Assembly (NCBI RefSeq): GCF_001194135.2
Contig: NC_068981.1
Span: 66,172,867 to 66,213,727 of the forward strand
DNA length: 40,861 nt
Source: Octopus bimaculoides
Taxonomy: Eukaryota
Direction of reading: 5' to 3'
Shown here: piece after piece, positions 37,231 through 40,861 of the stretch
Position numbering within the stretch: the first letter of the stretch is position 1
Layout of the letters: each line of letters starts with the position of its first letter
Notes under the pieces: generated by a model
The model's database searches: none
Seen by the model: the letters and a program-made list of their open reading frames with translations, nothing else
Told to the model about the DNA's origin: nothing
Program-made: the position numbers and the translations under genes

Positions 37231-37499
37231 AACTACCATCCTTTCTTTAAATGTCGTTTGAATTTTCAACTATTTTTTTTTCTGTCGGACAATTCTAGAT
37301 ATTTCTAATCTATCCTCTGGAGTTTACTTTAGTTTCGTTAGAGTGAAGATATTTTTTCCCAAGGTACCATCTTCGTTACCATAGCGCTTGCAGATTTCAA
37401 TATAATTTTATTTGCGCGATTTTATGGACATAATGGAGGAGGTACCTGAAGACTCTACCTTCACGATCTTTACAGAAACTACTGGCAGCGAAAATGGAT

Positions 37500-38400
37500 T
37501 GAAAATGGATGTGATTTTGTGAGTTGATTAGGGATCTGTCTTGTACCAACTTCAATAATGCTTTGTCTGTTGTGAATGATTTTTATAGGTAGAGCAAAGA
37601 CCAATTTGCATATTATTTGTCACATTATCAATAGTCATTTCTGTGCTAAACAGAATCATGTCTCAGATTTGTTCAATGTTGTCACCAAGAAAGGACGTAT
37701 TGTTGCCGGCTCTTTCATGGCACATGAATCTTGTGCAATAAATTTTAGCCATGATGTACCAATAATATCATACCTGAATGTTTTTTGTATAAAAAAATAG
37801 TTTCATTGCATTGCTAGAAACTCTATTTGTATTGTTCTGGATGTTGATTTTTGTAGGGAGTTGTTTTCTAGGCCTTCTTTTAATTTCTTGCCATCTATTA
37901 TTACCATCTTATCGTTCACATACATTATGCATATTGTTTAGCTTATTTTCTCACACTATTTTATTTTCACTCGAGGTTACGTAGAATACAGCAAAAATGG
38001 CCTTAATAGAGAAACTAAAAGTACTCTAGTTTTGCTTATACAATTTGTGGACAGCAAAAAATAACATCTGTTGTACATGACATTAAGAATTTCTTCAGTA
38101 TGTCATCTGATATAGCGGGGGGTTTTATTCTTGGGTAATTTTATATATTATCTAATTCAATTTTTATTGTTTCTATTGTTGGATTGTAGGTAGTTTCTAC
38201 GTCTAAAGTGGAGATATTGCCTACTTCGTCAGTTTTTTAAAGATTGCCAAGAGCCTTCTGGATGAATGTACACTGTATCTCTCCGGTGAGTATTGCATCC
38301 ATAGTGTTATCTCTTTGTTTTACGAACTTGTACGTTGGTGAATTTATTTGAGAAAATATTACTAATCAACAACGGATATTCTAAAAAATAGAGCAAGTCT
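37500..38400 (-). mobile_element. Penelope-like reverse transcriptase relic
   Basis: Minus strand fragments SPTYKF, ISTLDVET, PAISDDILKKFLMSCTT, LYKQ, LENNS and IEFL, heavily frameshifted. Confidence 0.55.
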
Positions 38401-38439
38401 TTCAACAATACAGAAACAAATGCAGTTCAATTAATATAT

Positions 38440-38442
<3 letters not shown>

Positions 38443-38495
<53 letters not shown>
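38443..38495. repeat. (GT)n microsatellite
   Basis: Directly visible. Confidence 0.97.
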
Positions 38496-38496
<1 letters not shown>

Positions 38497-39111
38497 CGCA
38501 CATGAGAGGCGGAGTGGGTAAGAAGTTGATAAAAATGTTTCACACATGTAGGAAGCAAACCACTGGCCATTGAAGAAATTATTTATTCATTTATTTATAT
38601 TAGCTTTCTGGTATTTTAAAAGTTATCTCAGTTGTACAACAACGGAAAATTTGTGATTCCTCCATTACTAATGCAGTCAATAATCGTAAATCAAACGCAG
38701 CGACAGTTTTTTCTTTTTTAATATAGAAATTCGAAATTTTATAGAAGGAGATGATAATGTAGAAGAGATAAATAGAGATTGAGAAAGAGACAATGAAAGA
38801 AAGAGATGAAGAAAAACAGACAATGAACAGAAGATGAGATACAAACAGGAAGACAGACTAAAAAATTAATCTACCAGGGGAAAGCGTTCACGGAAAATTA
38901 AGCAGAATAGTGCAGATTATTAATCAAAGAACAGCAACAGCAGCAACAGTAGCAGCAGTAACGATCAGTACTGAAGTTGAACAATAAAAACGGAAAGAAA
39001 ATTTAAAAAAGGAACATGAATATTATGTAAACGAGCAAGGAATAGGGCAGAGGTAAATGATAAGCAGGATAAGCGGATGAAGAGATACATATACACCTGG
39101 ATGATGATAGA

Positions 39112-39144
<33 letters not shown>

Positions 39145-39659
39145 AGCGACCGTGGTGGTAGCAGTGATAATGATAATACTGATGAAGAGGAGGAGGCAGA
39201 GAGGGGTTATGCTAATGAAGAGGAGGACGTGAAGGGTGCTGCAATGTTACTATTGATGGTGGTGAGAAGGCTGGTGGTGTTGACAGCGTAGGCATTATTG
39301 TGTATTATTGTTTTATTATTATTATTTTTTCATCCGTCAGCCTTGTGGTAATCATAAAGAGATCATTATTTATTTATTTATTTATTGCCCTGAATTCTGA
39401 ATATTAAGAAACAGAGCAAAATATTGATTACTTCTTAATAAAGTTGAAAGAATATATGCATAAGAGAGGGTGGAACACGAAAAGAAGGACGTGTGTACAT
39501 ATGTATGGGAACGCACGTGTGTACCTGCATATATATGAGTATATGTGTGCATGTTTTTTATATATATGAGTATATGTGTGCATGTTTTTATATATACTGC
39601 AATAAAAGAAGGTTTTTGAGTTGTTATTATCTACAAAAGGAAGGGACAGAAGTGTGTTT

Positions 39660-39940
39660 ATTCCAACAGTAGGAGTATAGCATTCCTGCTCACATCTGAA
39701 AAAGGTCTAGCCAAGGTCAAACTGAAAGGAATCCTCCCATCAAATCGACATCAACAACATTGAATTCACACGGTACAGGTATGCATTGCGCATGGCTGAT
39801 TCGCGTATTCTCCGAAAGAACCTCTACCGTCAGCTATATCAAGGAAAATGCTTGGTCGATGAACCAAAGAAGCGATTCAAAAACCAGCTGAAGATTACTT
39901 TTGGTGAGGAACAACATCGACCCTTCAATGATGAACGAAT
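39660..39940 (+). mobile_element. RTE-clade LINE 3' relic
   Basis: Reads ALRMADSRILRKNLYRQLYQGKCLVDEPKKRFKNQLK, matching the RM.D.RIPK..LY.EL..G.R..G.P.KR.KD.LK C-terminus. Confidence 0.8.
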
Positions 39941-39988
39941 AGTTTATCACTGTCCACGTTAGTGATCTCATTATTAGGGTGGGGTTGA

Positions 39989-40200
39989 AGGCGTCGAGCT
40001 TGTAGAATCGTTAGAGCGGCGGAAAAAAAATGTTTTGCGGTGTTTGTTCTGAGTCTTTATATTCTGAGTTCCAGTCTTGTCGAGGTCAGCTTTGCCTTTC
40101 ATCGAAAAAATAAAGTACCAGTCACATACTGGCGTCGATCAGCATCAACTAATCCCCGCCCTCTAAATTACTGATGGCGTACCGAAATGAAAAACCAATA
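39989..40200 (+). mobile_element. tRNA-derived SINE (monomer of the 9346-9734 family), degenerate
   Basis: ggcgtcgagcttgtagaatcgttag...ctgagttcc...cgaggtcagctttgcctttcatc...aataaagtaccag. Confidence 0.8.
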
Positions 40201-40264
40201 CTTAAGGTGAGATTGAAATGAGGAAAGAGAGAGTCACTCAGTATTCCGAGAAGCTTGAAATAAG

Positions 40265-40324
40265 ACACACACACATGCACGAACGCACGCACGCACGCGC
40301 GCACACACACGCACGCGCGCACAC

Positions 40325-40356
<32 letters not shown>

Positions 40357-40397
40357 TCTCCCTCACTCTCTCTCTCCATATATCTATATATATATAT

Positions 40398-40432
<35 letters not shown>

Positions 40433-40594
40433 CATATATATATACATATATACATATACATATATATATACATACATATACATATATACAGATATATATA
40501 TATATACATACTTTTATATATATACATACATACATATATATGCATACATATATATATATACATACATACATATATATATATATACATACATATA

Positions 40595-40634
<40 letters not shown>

Positions 40635-40861
40635 CATATATATATACATATATATACATCTATATACATATATATACAAGTATACATATATATATATATA
40701 TACATATATATACATATATACATATATATACATATACATATATATACACATATACATATATATACACATACATATATATATATACACATATGTACATATA
40801 TATATATACACATATATACATATATATACATACATATATATATAGATACATACATACATAT
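40265..40861. repeat. (CA)/(CACG) then long (AT)/(ATAC) compound microsatellite
   Basis: Directly visible; explains the YIYI/CVCV ORFs. Confidence 0.98.

Noticed and set aside
39520-39600. Tandem duplication of about 30 bp (atatatgagtatatgtgtgcatgttttt)
   Set aside because: Ordinary slippage within low-complexity sequence.

Overview
AT-rich eukaryotic animal DNA, not prokaryotic. The dense (AT)n/(AG)n/(AC)n/(ATAC)n microsatellites, tRNA-derived SINEs, RTE/CR1/Penelope LINE relics, mariner/hAT relics and N-gaps look like a coleoid cephalopod draft assembly, most likely Octopus (inference from repeat families recalled from memory). No intact, recognisable protein-coding gene, rRNA, functional tRNA or CRISPR array was found; most listed ORFs are microsatellite read-through or decayed transposon fragments. 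The strongest unexplained signals are: (i) two hammerhead ribozyme motifs that fold completely by hand (147-203 and 27694-27745), plus two degenerate ones; (ii) splice signals at 2780-3736 that can be joined into a roughly 46-54 aa signal-peptide-bearing, possibly secreted peptide ending at an AATAAA; (iii) a pri-miRNA-sized hairpin at 19728-19800; (iv) a 154-bp solo LTR nested in a SINE; and (v) a dimeric SINE with a perfect 15-bp target-site duplication. All alignments and folds were done by eye. Coordinates of decayed elements are approximate.
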